64,000 nucleotides of DNA, taken from positions 11,788 to 75,787 of the forward strand of contig CAZVWQ010000004.1 in the NCBI GenBank assembly GCA_964631275.1. Direction: 5' to 3'. The notes under the pieces are model-generated. The model did not search any database. It was not told the DNA's origin and saw only the letters and a list, made by a program, of their open reading frames with translations. Every line of letters begins with the position of its first letter. Positions within the stretch are counted from its first letter, which is position 1. Position numbers and translations under genes: made by a program. The stretch comes from an uncultured Candidatus Saccharibacteria bacterium (lineage in GTDB: Bacteria; Patescibacteriota; JACMRA01). Below, one piece after another: positions 8,580 through 18,700 of this stretch.

Positions 8580-9374
8580 TCAAGCAATTAAAAAATCTAA
8601 CTTTGATTCTTGCTCTAATTTTTCTGTTTGTCTATCACTTAGGTCTGATTGTTTTTGGTTAATTACTTCTTGACTTGCGTTTTGCAAAAAGCTAGAATTT
8701 TGTAATTGTTTTTTTAAAGAATTAATTTGCTTGTCTAGATTTTGAATATTTTTGTTAGTTCTGGCTATTTCTTTTTTTTTGTCTGGAACATATCGCAAAA
8801 TATCAATGTAGAACTCATAACCAGCTGAAACGATTTTGAAGAGGGTAGGATAACTACCTTTGCTAGTCTTACATTTGGCTGAAAGTCTAAGAAATTGAGA
8901 GTATTTAAGTAGTTCTTCGTTTTCAGTAAAGATCTCCATAATAGTAGCTGGGTCGATCCCAAATAAACCTCGTAAGGAGCGTACTTTGATTATACTTTCA
9001 GTAATTTTGGCAAACTCTTCCCAGCCTTGAGTTTGTGATTGAGAATAACTAAACTCTGGTTTTAGGTGCAAAGCTAGAAGATCTTCTTCAGTAAAGAATT
9101 CTTTCCATAAAGCTTCAGTCTCAAATGGAGCATAAGGCGAAAGAACAATTACAAATTGTTTAAACAACTCTTTAGCAAAATCAACCTGAGAATTGTCTGT
9201 TTTGAGGTATTCTACGTACCAATCAGCATAATAATCCCAAACAAAGCGATATAGGCTATCAATATTGTGAGCTATTTCGTAAGTTTCTAAATTAGCTTGC
9301 AAACTATTTTCTAATTCAAAATATTTTTTTAGTATCCATCTAGAAGCAGGGGTTAGAGTTGTTTGTTCATCCAT
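8580..9374 (-). CDS. valS: ValRS C-terminal fragment (anticodon-binding domain plus coiled coil) only
   Basis: ASRWILKKYFELENSLQANLETYEIAHNIDSLYRFVWDYYADWYVEYLK matches the ValRS DRWIL...F.WN.FCDWY.E region. The C-terminal heptad-rich tail matches the ValRS coiled coil. The frame closes 6 codons upstream of the ATG. Confidence 0.7.
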   Translation of the reverse strand: MDEQTTLTPASRWILKKYFELENSLQANLETYEIAHNIDSLYRFVWDYYADWYVEYLKTDNSQVDFAKELFKQFVIVLSPYAPFETEALWKEFFTEEDLLALHLKPEFSYSQSQTQGWEEFAKITESIIKVRSLRGLFGIDPATIMEIFTENEELLKYSQFLRLSAKCKTSKGSYPTLFKIVSAGYEFYIDILRYVPDKKKEIARTNKNIQNLDKQINSLKKQLQNSSFLQNASQEVINQKQSDLSDRQTEKLEQESKLDFLIA

Positions 9375-9403
9375 AAGAGTTTTTTTAGTGATTTATTTCA
9401 ATG

Positions 9404-9492
9404 TTTATGTCTCAAAATCTATTTTTGGAGTTAATTAACCTTTGTTTCATGGGTTTAAAAATTTACAAATTTAAGTTTTAGAATAAGACTAA
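9404..9492 (-). repeat. B-family repeat
   Basis: tttatgtctcaaaatctattttt...aaatttacaaatttaagttttagaataagactaa. Begins about 30 nt upstream of the ValRS-fragment ATG. Confidence 0.75.
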
Positions 9493-9835
9493 TGTTTTGT
9501 TTAGGTATTAGTGGTTTAATATAGCATCTTTGAATTTTTGCAATTTTTTAAGAAAATATTTAATATAGTAAGTTTTACAATAAAATATCTATTTTTAATA
9601 GCAAAATTGATTTTTTGCAAAAGCTTTGATTTTTGGTCTAAAATCATATACACTTACACGCAACAAAAGGAAGTTAATTTATAAATAGTCTTATCCTAAA
9701 ATATTTATTTTAATTTTACCTTAAAATGATATATGCAAAACTATCAAAATTGGCAAGTTTTTCTATAAAATTTAAACCTGTTTTAGATTTTGGTTTAAGC
9801 TCGAGTTTAACTTCTGATTAATATTTATACTTAAT

Positions 9836-9955
9836 GTAGAGCAAATCTTCAGTTTTTTTGGAATCTAAACTTGGGTTTCAATTAGATTAAAATAAACATC
9901 AAAAAGAAATATCTAAAAATTAAAAAAGTTCTAATTTGGATTGATTTTGGTATAA
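9836..9955 (+). repeat. F-family repeat
   Basis: gagcaaatcttcagtttttttggaatctaaac...catcaaaaagaaatatctaaaaattaaaaaagttctaatttggattgattttggtataa. Confidence 0.7.
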
Positions 9956-9962
9956 CTTAGGA

Positions 9963-10054
9963 TTAGTCTTGCCCCATAACTCAAATTTACAAAACTTTAG
10001 CCCCATAAAATGGATATTAATCAACAGTAAAAATAGGTTTTTAGACATGATTAT
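9963..10054 (+). repeat. B-family repeat
   Basis: ttagtcttgccccataactcaaatttacaaaactttagccccataaaatggatattaatcaacagtaaaaataggtttttagacatgattat. Confidence 0.8.
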
Positions 10055-10275
10055 TTTAGTTCAAAAATCAACTCAAACTCAAATTATATTCCTGTACTAG
10101 CTTTATCTCATAATTTTCTAAAAATATTTATTTTTTTTGATCAACAAACATAAAAGTGATAAGTTTTTGTAAGTTTAGTTTTTTATTTTAAAATAAACAA
10201 AAAATAGGTTGTTTTTTTGAGTAATAAAACAAATTTAGTCTAAAATTACCATTTATCAGTAATAAAAAAGCAAAG

Positions 10276-11055
10276 CTATTTCCGCATTTCTTCGGTTCTT
10301 ACCTTATGTATGACTTCTAGACTAAGGTCATGATAGGCTTTAGCTCCGCTAGAGTAAGGATCATAGTCAAAAATAGATTTATTAAAACTAGGGGCCTCAG
10401 CTAACTTGATATTTCTTGGGATAATTGTCCTAAAAACATCATCACCAAAGTTTTTACTTAATTCGTTATAGACTTCGGTGCTTAAGCGATTACGGCTATC
10501 ATACATGGTTAGTAAGATTCCTAAAATTCTAAGCTTAGGGTGGAGTTGCGTTTGGACATCTTTAAGAGTGACAATTAGTTGAGTCAGTCCGTCAAGAGCC
10601 AAAAATTCGGCCTGAACTGGTAATAGAACACCATCTGAAGAGGTTAGAGCGTTTAGTGTTAGTAGTGACAGTGATGGCTGACAGTCTAAAATAATATAAT
10701 CAAAATAATCATGAGCCTGTTTGCTTATACTGTTTTTCATTACAAATTGATTACCTTTAGGAGCGAGTTGATTGAATTTACCAAGTCTTAGGTTAGCCCC
10801 AATTAACGATAAATTAGGGATATAAGTAGCCTGAATTACCTGCTCTATGGTTTGTTGTCCGAGTAGTAATTCTAAGATACTAGGAGTGTTACCTTTTGGC
10901 TTGCTACCAATATGTTCACTAGTATGGCCTTGAGGGTCAAAATCAACTAATAGGACTTTTTTATCAGCTCTAGCTAAGGCTGTAGCCAAATTAACCGAGG
11001 TGGTTGTTTTGCCTACACCTCCTTTTTGGTTAGTTACAGAAATTATATAGCTCAT
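10276..11055 (-). CDS. parA: ParA/Soj-family partition ATPase
   Basis: Deviant Walker A NQKGGVGKTTTSVNLATALA, then DFDPQGH and ILDCQPSLSLLT. 259 aa. No parB-like ORF adjacent. Confidence 0.9.
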   Translation of the reverse strand: MSYIISVTNQKGGVGKTTTSVNLATALARADKKVLLVDFDPQGHTSEHIGSKPKGNTPSILELLLGQQTIEQVIQATYIPNLSLIGANLRLGKFNQLAPKGNQFVMKNSISKQAHDYFDYIILDCQPSLSLLTLNALTSSDGVLLPVQAEFLALDGLTQLIVTLKDVQTQLHPKLRILGILLTMYDSRNRLSTEVYNELSKNFGDDVFRTIIPRNIKLAEAPSFNKSIFDYDPYSSGAKAYHDLSLEVIHKVRTEEMRK

Positions 11056-11809
11056 TAATAATTAGTTAGGTTTAGATCAGGTTTATTTTTTTAGGATTAC
11101 GTCTTTAGGTTAATTATTTTTTAGGTAGTTTTTTTAAAAAGAAATCCTAAGTTCCTGTAATATTGTAATTTGTGAGTTGGTTTAATATCGGCAGACTAAA
11201 TTAGTTTTCTATAAAAATTTATTTGAAATTTAATAACCAATCTTTGGTATTTAATAAATTATAGTGCCTGCTTTATGGCAAATTGCTATTAAATAATCAG
11301 TCGTATCCACAACTAGTAAAAATTAACCCTTTTCTTTTTATAAAAATAAAAATTAGAGCTAAATTACTATTTTTTGTTTATTTTGTAACTATAAACCTGC
11401 CTCTACTTGCGTAAAGTAAAATAACTACCATTGTTATTGACACACGTACCTATAAACGTAATTTAAGTCGTTAAATTTGTTATTTTTGTAAAAGTTGGTA
11501 AAGACTTATTGACCAAATATGCTATTTGAAATTTATTTTGAGACATAAAACAGTATATAAATTACTTAAGACAAGGCAAAAAGATAGATTTTAATAAATT
11601 ATAAATAATAAATAAGCAATTTTAAGTAGATTTTTAGTAAAAATAAAAGGCTATAACCTCAATTATAGTTTCTTAATTGTTATTTTAAAAAACCACCTAA
11701 GTCAAATCTTGACAACTTCTAATTCTTGAGTAATTGATTACAAATGGTAGATTGGCTTTATTAAAATTATTAATATAAAAAACTAATAAAAAACTAAAGT
11801 ATACACTCA

Positions 11810-11935
11810 AATCAATCCAAATTAAAGCTTTTTAAGATTTTAGAATGTATTAAGTTAATTGTATTTATAGCTAATTCTATATATAATATTTGGACTTTTA
11901 TATCTTCAAGTTTTCTTTAAACTAAATTTGTAGCT
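11810..11935 (-). repeat. F-family repeat, inverted orientation
   Basis: tatacactcaaatcaatccaaattaaagctttttaagatttt... is the reverse complement pattern of ...aaaaagttttaatttaaattgatttgagtataa. Confidence 0.55.
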
Positions 11936-12274
11936 AATAATTTGTCTAATTTTTAATTTAGAATTGCTTATATTAAGTGTTAACTAAAACTAAAATTCTG
12001 ATTTCTAAAAAACTAAGGTTTGCTTTGTCCTTAAATAAAGTATTAAGAATCTACTCATATATAACAGTTTTACCTTGTTACTAAAAAACAATCTATTTTT
12101 TGTTTATTTTATGAGTAAAAGTGTAATTACGCAAAATTATTACTTTTAGGTACCAGTCTGGCTTCATCACTCAAAAAAAATAAACCATTTTTACTTATTT
12201 AATAAAAAAAATAAAGATTACTAGAAGGTTTTGAGCTAAGACTAATTTTGTTTTAGAAACTTCCTGACTATTTT

Positions 12275-12349
12275 GGCGCCATCGTCTAACGGCTAGGACG
12301 CAGGATTTTCATTCCTGTAATCGGGGTTCGATTCCCCGTGGCGCTACCA
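12275..12349 (+). tRNA. tRNA-Glu (anticodon UUC), CCA encoded
   Basis: Hand fold: acceptor GGCGCCA/TGGCGCT (G1-U72), D arm GTC-TAACGGCTAG-GAC, anticodon arm CAGGA-TTTTCAT-TCCTG, T arm CGGGG-TTCGATT-CCCCG, then A-CCA. Confidence 0.9.
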
Positions 12350-12446
12350 GTAGATTAATTTTTGAAAACTTTAAAAACAAATTTAAGAAGTACTTTATTT
12401 TACGAAATAAAGTATAGTTAGGCGATATACAATTTAAGTATTTACA

Positions 12447-12550
12447 TATATTAACTGCCAACTAATCAGTTGAGTTTTTGGCTCTGTTTTCTTTATTTAG
12501 TCAAACTAAAACCTCCAGTTAAATTATCATTTAGTTAGCATTTGAGTATA
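12447..12550 (+). repeat. A-family repeat, 5' end diverged
   Basis: atattaactgccaactaatcagttgag...aaaacctccagttaaattatcatttagttagcatttgagtata. Confidence 0.7.
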
Positions 12551-12887
12551 TTTTAACTTTTTTCAGGGCAGGCTTAATAGGCTTGCTAAACTAATGACTT
12601 GTCTAAATTTAGTATGGAATTGCAATACACGTAGCTTTCTTATAGGACCGACTTACCGACTTGGAATTTTTTAGCAATTTAAAGTAAAAATTAAGAAATC
12701 ATTTGTAGTTGGTTTTAAACAATAAATCTAAAATATTTGTTTTAAAATAAAGGAAAATACCAATCTCAATCTTAGCTGAAGAATAATTTACTTTACAAGA
12801 ACTTAATTTTTTGTCAGGATCCAATTAGTAATGAGATTAGGCAGATAAATACTGTTGCTTAGTCTGATTTGCAATTTTATTTTATTT

Positions 12888-14117
12888 ATGTCTAACTCAA
12901 AACCCGAATATAGGGCTCGTCGTAAGCGATTTAGCGGCAGAAGCTCAGATAGCCACTTTAACAAAAGAAGGAGCTACAAAAAACAAACTAAACCAGAAAA
13001 AAGAATTAACCTAGAAGTATATACTCAACCAGCTAATCGAGATATCAAAAAAGCCTCTAAGTCAGATTTAGCCTTTAGAGATTTAGATTTACATCCTGAG
13101 CTACTCAAATCAATCGAAGAGAAAGGCTTTAGCAATCCCACCGAAATTCAAGAAAAATTAATCCCAAAAATGCTACAAGGAGAAAATGTGGTAGCTATAT
13201 CTCAAACTGGAAGTGGTAAAACTGCAGCTTATTTAATTCCGATTTTAAACAAAATTTTAACTAGAGATAAAAGTGCTGTTAAGTTTCAAACTTTAATAAT
13301 TGTTCCAACTAGAGAACTAGCTTATCAAATCGAAAAAGAATTATTTGACTTTCATTTTAAACGTCATGGATTGTTCTCTCTAGTATGTATTGGAGGTACA
13401 GATATGAGACGCCAGATTAGATTTGCTCGTAAGCATAATGACTTCGTAATTGGCACCCCAGGAAGGTTAATTGATTTAGTAGAAAAAGGTGTTTTAGACT
13501 TATCAAAGTTTGATACTCTAATTGTGGACGAGATGGATAGAATGCTAGACATGGGATTTATTGATGATATTAGCTGGGTCATTGAAAAATTACCAGAAAA
13601 CATTCAGCATGGATTTTTTTCAGCCACTCTAAACAAAAAAATCGAACCAATCATTCAGAGGTTCGCTCCAAAAGCACCAATTGTCAGAGTTAATCACCCT
13701 AAACCCTCAGAATATGTTGATCAGACCATGGTTCAGATTAACAGAAATGATGACAAATTTGAAGCTCTACTTGAAGTCTTGCGTTCAGAAAAAAATAAAT
13801 CAATTATTTTTGTTAGCACCAAGTCAGAAACTGAAAGAGTCATGAAAAAATTACACGATCTAGGCTTTGATGTGCATTACCTACATGGAGACAGACCACA
13901 GAATCACAGAACTCGAGTAATCAGAGATTATCGCAGACTAGCTAATGGGATTTTAGTTGCTACTGACGTGGCTGCTAGGGGTTTAGATATTGATGACGTT
14001 ACTCAAGTCGTGAATTATGACGAGCCAAATACCTACGAGGACTATATTCATCGAATTGGGCGAACAGGTAGAGCTGGTAAGTATGGCAAAGCAGTCACTC
14101 TAGTCAAAAGAGGATAA
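12888..14117 (+). CDS. DEAD-box ATP-dependent RNA helicase
   Basis: Q-motif region FSNPTEIQ, motif I SQTGSGKT, PTRELA, DEMD (DEAD variant), SAT, and the HRIGRTGRAG motif. I prefer the ATG at 12888 (MSNSKPEY) over the TTG at 12855 in the ORF track. Confidence 0.9.
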   Translation: MSNSKPEYRARRKRFSGRSSDSHFNKRRSYKKQTKPEKRINLEVYTQPANRDIKKASKSDLAFRDLDLHPELLKSIEEKGFSNPTEIQEKLIPKMLQGENVVAISQTGSGKTAAYLIPILNKILTRDKSAVKFQTLIIVPTRELAYQIEKELFDFHFKRHGLFSLVCIGGTDMRRQIRFARKHNDFVIGTPGRLIDLVEKGVLDLSKFDTLIVDEMDRMLDMGFIDDISWVIEKLPENIQHGFFSATLNKKIEPIIQRFAPKAPIVRVNHPKPSEYVDQTMVQINRNDDKFEALLEVLRSEKNKSIIFVSTKSETERVMKKLHDLGFDVHYLHGDRPQNHRTRVIRDYRRLANGILVATDVAARGLDIDDVTQVVNYDEPNTYEDYIHRIGRTGRAGKYGKAVTLVKRG

Positions 14118-14314
14118 AATAGCTCTAAATTAATTAAACCGCACGTTAAAAACTTATTGACCAGCTGATTAATAGCCTAAAGCTGAAACCTATTTTTTTC
14201 CTTAAAATAAAAACTTATTACTTTCTCTTAATAAGAAGAAAGGCCTAAAAGCCAGAGGGTTTACTTGTTTTGTAATCTTCCATAACTTACCTGCAATAAA
14301 ACAAGAACTTGGTT

Positions 14315-14419
14315 TATACTAAACTGTTAACTACTCAGTGATTTTTTTAACTCTGTTTTCTTTATTTAATCAGACTAAAACCTTCGTCTAAGTCATAATT
14401 TAGTTAGCATTTGGGTATA
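14315..14419 (+). repeat. A-family repeat
   Basis: tatactaaactgttaactactcagtgattttttt...aaaaccttcgtctaagtcataatttagttagcatttgggtata. Confidence 0.8.
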
Positions 14420-14786
14420 ATTTTGAGTAAAGAGGCAGAGAATGATTTGGTTCAGATTTTTGTTTACACTTTAGAAAAATTTGCTGAAAATTCAAGCTGA
14501 GTTATACTTAGGATAGTTAGACAGTTTCTTAAAAGAACTATCTATAAATAAGACTTCTGCAAAAATTTTCTTCTTTGATTATTAGTGTAGTAAGCTTCAT
14601 GAGTCATGATTTATACCATAATTAAGACTCTTAGAATACTCATTGCCAAACAAACCCCAAATTCACCCATTTAACTCATTCTTATATCTCATCCACCAAT
14701 CCTGTATAATTCTAAATCGAACAGACTTTTCTGATTATCATTGGCAAAAGTCAAGAAGGAGCTCTTACTTAAATTATAGCATACTA

Positions 14787-15038
14787 ATGGCCCAAATCGC
14801 TCTAAATATTCCTGATAGCCAACTGCTATCTGCTCTAGATACTTTGATTAAGTCCAATCTTCAACCAACTAAACCAACCAAGATTAAAAAACCTGCCTCA
14901 AAATCAAAAAAAGAGGCTACCCTAGCATTCAAAAAAGCTTTTAATAAACTTCCAAAACACAAGAATATTCAAAAGAAGAATTCCAAAAACTATGGCAAGA
15001 AATCAAGGAGAATGTATAAAAACCTACTTGATACTTGA
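14787..15038 (+). CDS. small lysine-rich hypothetical protein
   Basis: Internal ATG of ORF 14643..15038 (MAQIALNIPDSQLLSALDTL...), 83 aa and very basic. The upstream TTG-initiated extension looks non-coding. Confidence 0.3.
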   Translation: MAQIALNIPDSQLLSALDTLIKSNLQPTKPTKIKKPASKSKKEATLAFKKAFNKLPKHKNIQKKNSKNYGKKSRRMYKNLLDT

Positions 15039-15130
15039 TATTGATACTTTGGGTATTGTAACCTTTGACCAGGTTTGGTTGTAATATTAGTGAGTTAATA
15101 GACTCTAAAAACCAGAATTAAGGACGACTC

Positions 15131-15643
15131 GTGACTGATACAGAAATCATAGACAAAATAATCAAAGGAGACAAAGACTCTTTTAGTTTGCTTCTGGATA
15201 GATACCAAAGGCAAATCCTGGCCTACACAGCCAGACTCCTTAACTTTCACCAAGAAGACGCTGAGGACATCACCAGCCAAACCTTTGTGAAGTGCTACAT
15301 CAACCTAGCTGGTTATAATCCGAAACTAAAATTCAGCTCTTGGCTGTATCGTATCGCTCACAACGAAGCTGTTAATCTAATCAAAAAAAAGTCCAAACAA
15401 TTCACAGCTGATCTAGAAAAAATTGAAGTTGCTGGAGATTTTGATCCTGACAAGCCATCTAGAGAAGATCTAGAAAAAATACTAGCCAAACTAAAACTCG
15501 ATGATCGAAATATCTTAGCCCTTTTTTATCTTGAAGAAAAATCAATCAAAGAAATTGCCGAAATTCTCAAGACTAGTGAAGGTAGCATCAAAACAAGACT
15601 AAACCGAGCTAGAAACAGAGCCAAAGAAATTGTTAAACCTTAA
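15131..15643 (+). CDS. ECF-type sigma-70 family RNA polymerase sigma factor
   Basis: 170 aa. Region 2 (F..LL.RY.RQI..Y...L....EDAEDITSQTF, SWLYRIAHNEAVN) and region 4 HTH (SIKEIAEILKTSEGSIKTRLNRAR). Confidence 0.85.
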   Translation: MTDTEIIDKIIKGDKDSFSLLLDRYQRQILAYTARLLNFHQEDAEDITSQTFVKCYINLAGYNPKLKFSSWLYRIAHNEAVNLIKKKSKQFTADLEKIEVAGDFDPDKPSREDLEKILAKLKLDDRNILALFYLEEKSIKEIAEILKTSEGSIKTRLNRARNRAKEIVKP

Positions 15644-15746
15644 TCAAGCTTTTATATAAAATTAAAACTTATACCTCTTTTATTAGCCGTTTTTAGTAAT
15701 TATACTCAAAAATAGTTTTTAAATTTTTATTGCCAAGCAACTGTCC

Positions 15747-16457
15747 ATGTCCAAAAAACTAAACTCCAAAATCCTAAACCAAATCGAATCTCAAAAAATG
15801 AAGCCTCAATCTTATTTTTGGCTAAAAAATGCTTTGCTAATTTTGGCTCTAATCACCTTCTCGGCTTTAGCTATTTTTTTATTAGGTAGTTTTTTTGATG
15901 ATACTCTTGAGATCTTGGAATTTAGAAAATATGGTTTGGGTATTTTTTTGATTATTCCTGTCATACTTTTTGAGTTCATGCTAATTAGCTTGCTTCTTGG
16001 AATCATAATTTTCTTTTTGTACCGTAGTACCGATTGGATCTTAGTTAGGCACAAGCTCTGGCTAAGTTTGTTTTTGTTGATTTTTATCGTGGCTGGATCA
16101 ATAGCTGTGGCTTTTACTCTAGATCAAGAAGACCTAGTCAAACCTGCTGAAAACTTAGAATCTGCACCCTACAGAAGTAATCGAAAGAAAGAACTTTTTG
16201 AAGAGTTAAAGAAAAAAGATGTATTTGTAGGTAAGGTTACTTTTTTTGATTCTGAGTCAGGTTTTATAATAGTAACTAATAGATTAGAAGAAAGAAAATT
16301 CAAGCTGGATTTGCGAGATAGACCAAGACAAGACATTAAGGTTGGTAATGAGGTTATGGTTAGATTCAAAGAAATCGAGGGAGAGTTCGTAGCAATAGAG
16401 ATAACCATTAGACCAAGATCTAGAGGCTTTCTAAGACCGCTACCTAGGAGAAGGTAG
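15747..16457 (+). CDS. multi-pass membrane protein downstream of the ECF sigma (possible anti-sigma partner)
   Basis: 236 aa with several hydrophobic segments and a soluble basic C-terminal domain. The functional call rests on position only. Confidence 0.4.
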   Translation: MSKKLNSKILNQIESQKMKPQSYFWLKNALLILALITFSALAIFLLGSFFDDTLEILEFRKYGLGIFLIIPVILFEFMLISLLLGIIIFFLYRSTDWILVRHKLWLSLFLLIFIVAGSIAVAFTLDQEDLVKPAENLESAPYRSNRKKELFEELKKKDVFVGKVTFFDSESGFIIVTNRLEERKFKLDLRDRPRQDIKVGNEVMVRFKEIEGEFVAIEITIRPRSRGFLRPLPRRR

Positions 16458-16624
16458 ATTTTCCAAGTATATATAAGCTAGCTTAAGTGGCATAGATTAT
16501 GCACTTGATAATCTAGAAATTATACCCACTTACCATCTAAACTAGGATTAGGTTAGTTTATTCTGCATGGCTTAAAAAATATCATTATCTGAGTACAAAG
16601 TACTGTGCCTGGCAATAAACAAAG

Positions 16625-16704
16625 CTTCCGCAGACACTACTATATTTTGTATTTAATACTTAACTAAAGCTACATTTAGTAGTAAAATTCAATTCTTGCG
16701 GAAG
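16625..16704 (-). repeat. E-family hairpin repeat, inverted orientation
   Basis: CTTCCGCAgacactactatatttt...ctacatttagtagtaaaattcaattctTGCGGAAG. The interior is the reverse complement of the E1/E2 pattern. Confidence 0.7.
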
Positions 16705-16800
16705 TCTTGTAAACTTGTCCCATAACTCAAATTTACAAAACTTTGGCCTCATAAAATGAATATTAATCAACAGTAAAAATAGGTTTTGAGACATGATTAT
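16703..16800 (+). repeat. B-family repeat
   Basis: agtcttgtaaacttgtcccataactcaaatttacaaaactttggcctcataaaatgaatattaatcaacagtaaaaataggttttgagacatgattat. Confidence 0.8.
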
Positions 16801-17133
16801 TGATACAAATTTTATGCTAGCTTACCTAGAAGAAGTTAAGACAGCTTACCCTAATGCCAATACTACTATTACTATTACTATTACATGGTTTTAGATAATA
16901 TACCTAACAACAAAGCTTATGAAGTTCAAGATAAAGCTAAGAATTTAATATTAAACTTCATTGCCCACTCCATATTGTTCTAGCCTTAATTTAATTGAAA
17001 GATTGTAGAAGTTTATGAAAAAAAGTTAGTAAAGAATCAATACTACGAAACCTATCGAGACTTCTAGAACACTATTCATCAATTTTTTAAAGATTTAAAT
17101 TCTAAGTATCAACCTGAACTATTGCAAGATTAA
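16793..17133 (+). pseudogene. decayed IS630/Tc1-mariner-family DDE transposase, C-terminal remnant
   Basis: Translations across three frames give ...VLDNIPNNKAYEVQDKAKNLILNF, LPTPYCSSLNLIERL*KFMKK (compare LPPYSPELNPIERLWKxxK) and VKNQYYETYRDF*NTIHQFF. Several stops and frameshifts. No N-terminal half. Confidence 0.7.
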
Positions 17134-17244
17134 AAAATATATCTAACTTATCTATACCAAATTGATTTTATGGATAATCTAATTAGAGAGGTTAAGTATA
17201 ATACCAAGATTTAGTATGGAATAGCCTATAAGTACAAAGTATAA

Positions 17245-17631
17245 TTATTCTCTGCCATAATCATCCTCATATCGAGTGATATCGTCTTCACCAGTATAAT
17301 CTCCACACTGAACTTCAATTATGATCACCTGTTTGTCTCCATTATTACTTATCCGATGCTTAGCTTTGGCTGGAATATAACAATATTCATTTGGTTTATA
17401 GTCTTTAACCCATTCAAACTCATCATCTCCGATCCTGACTTCAAAAGTAGCTACACCAGAAACTACCACCCAATGCTCGCTTCTTTGCTTATGGCTTTGT
17501 AGGCTTAATCTTTGCCCAGGTTCAACTATTAATTTTTTGACTTTAAATTTTTCTTCATCCTCCAGGACATAATATTTTCCCCAGGGTCTTTGACCTATTT
17601 CTAGATATCTTCGATCATTTTTTTGTGGCAT
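17245..17631 (-). CDS. cupin-domain protein, mannose-6-phosphate isomerase type II C-terminal-like
   Basis: 128 aa. RPWGKYYVLEDEEKFKVKKLIVEPGQRLSLQSHKQRSEHWVVVSG...IPAKAKHRISN is the classic ManC-type cupin pattern. Confidence 0.7.
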   Translation of the reverse strand: MPQKNDRRYLEIGQRPWGKYYVLEDEEKFKVKKLIVEPGQRLSLQSHKQRSEHWVVVSGVATFEVRIGDDEFEWVKDYKPNEYCYIPAKAKHRISNNGDKQVIIIEVQCGDYTGEDDITRYEDDYGRE

Positions 17632-17749
17632 TTTATTTATTTTATATTTAGACTAAAAAAAATTAAAAATTATTTTATATGTTTATTTTATAAAAAATTT
17701 GGCAGTAGAACTAAACTTAATTCAATTTTAAAGTTATCTTGTGACTTTT

Positions 17750-17873
17750 TATACCCTCCCTGTTAAGTCATTATAGTAATTATCCGTTAAGAATTTACCT
17801 TAAATAATGAGTTTGTTTATGAAGAGCTAAATTTAGGGTAATAGTAAACACGGATTGTGTATAATCAAAAATA
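17750..17873 (+). repeat. C-family MITE-like repeat, full length
   Basis: tataccctccctgttaagtcattatagtaattatccgttaagaattt...gaagagctaaatttagggtaatagtaaacacggattgtgtata. Confidence 0.8.
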
Positions 17874-18296
17874 CAAATTTTGAAAGTAAGTTGAGTATAT
17901 AACTAAGCTATGAGGATTTAGACATTCTAAGTATTCTAAATTTTCTTATAAAACAATCTAAAATTTAATAACTTGTAAAAGTTCAGTGTAGAATTGTTAT
18001 ATGTACTTAAATAAAATACTCTATCCTCTGTTTATTTTATATATAACCACTACTTTAACTACTACTTTTGCTTTTTTAAAAAATAACTATCCTAAAAAAG
18101 ATTTTAAGGTTAGACTAGTATTTTTTTTATATCAAGTTTAACATTTTTATTCCTAAAAATCTAATAAATAGAATTAAAAGTAAAACACCCGTCTAAATCT
18201 GCAATTTTATACTAAAAATAAACAAAAAATTAAGTTTTTTACAAAGTAGTGAGGTAAGTTTAGTATTATTAATACTGAGCTTAGATCAATTTTTTC

Positions 18297-18383
18297 TGGC
18301 GGAAGTGGAGGGATTCGAACCCTCGAGGGCTTTCGCCCGTCGGTTTTCAAGACCGATGCCATAGGCCGCTAGGCGACACTTCC
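18297..18383 (-). tRNA. tRNA-Ser (anticodon UGA), long variable arm, CCA encoded
   Basis: Reverse complement folds as GGAAGTG-TC-GCC-TAGCGGCCTAT-GGC-A-TCGGT-CTTGAAA-ACCGA, variable arm CGGGCGAAAGCCCTCGA (GGGC/GCCC stem), T arm GAGGG-TTCGAAT-CCCTC, then CACTTCC-G-CCA. Confidence 0.9.
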
Positions 18384-18700
18384 GAGTGAAGCTAGGGCTT
18401 TTTTTGATCTTCTGTCAAGATACCGAATTTAGCTTTAGGTGTAATTATTTTTTAGTTATTAAACAACATTTAACCAAACTCAAAAATAGGTTTTTTAAAA
18501 AAAGATTTTGTTTATTAAATTTTTTGATAAGTATATATGTACTTTTAGTTTAATTGTGTTTAAGACTTGATTAATACCCTAAGTCTACCTAAGACTAGAC
18601 TAGTATTTACCTTATTAATGAGCTTTATTTGCCAAACTAAAAAAACTTTGATTTAGTTAATAGAGCTGTAAAATAATAACTAAAATAAACCAAAATCCTA

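Noticed and set aside
11056-12274. oriC next to parA (1.2 kb AT-rich, ORF-free)
   Set aside because: I found only one DnaA-box-like 9-mer (gtatccaca, 11303-11311, 8/9 to TTATCCACA). There is no cluster of boxes and no dnaA or dnaN nearby, and much of the region consists of dispersed-repeat modules. The evidence is insufficient.
14643-14786. TTG-initiated 5' extensions of ORFs (14643, 12855, 55844, 57544, 28729)
   Set aside because: The extensions translate to non-protein-like strings, and in each case an internal ATG gives a sensible N-terminus (MAQIALN, MSNSKPEY, MNLKKLSL, MAKKNST, MWTKKYRN, the last overlapping the rpmF stop). I used the shorter coordinates.
18297-18383. Long-variable-arm tRNA as a possible selenocysteine tRNA
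   Set aside because: The anticodon loop reads CT-TGA-AA, so the anticodon is UGA (reads UCA, Ser), not UCA. The acceptor/T-arm geometry is the normal 7/5, and no selA/selB/selD genes are present.
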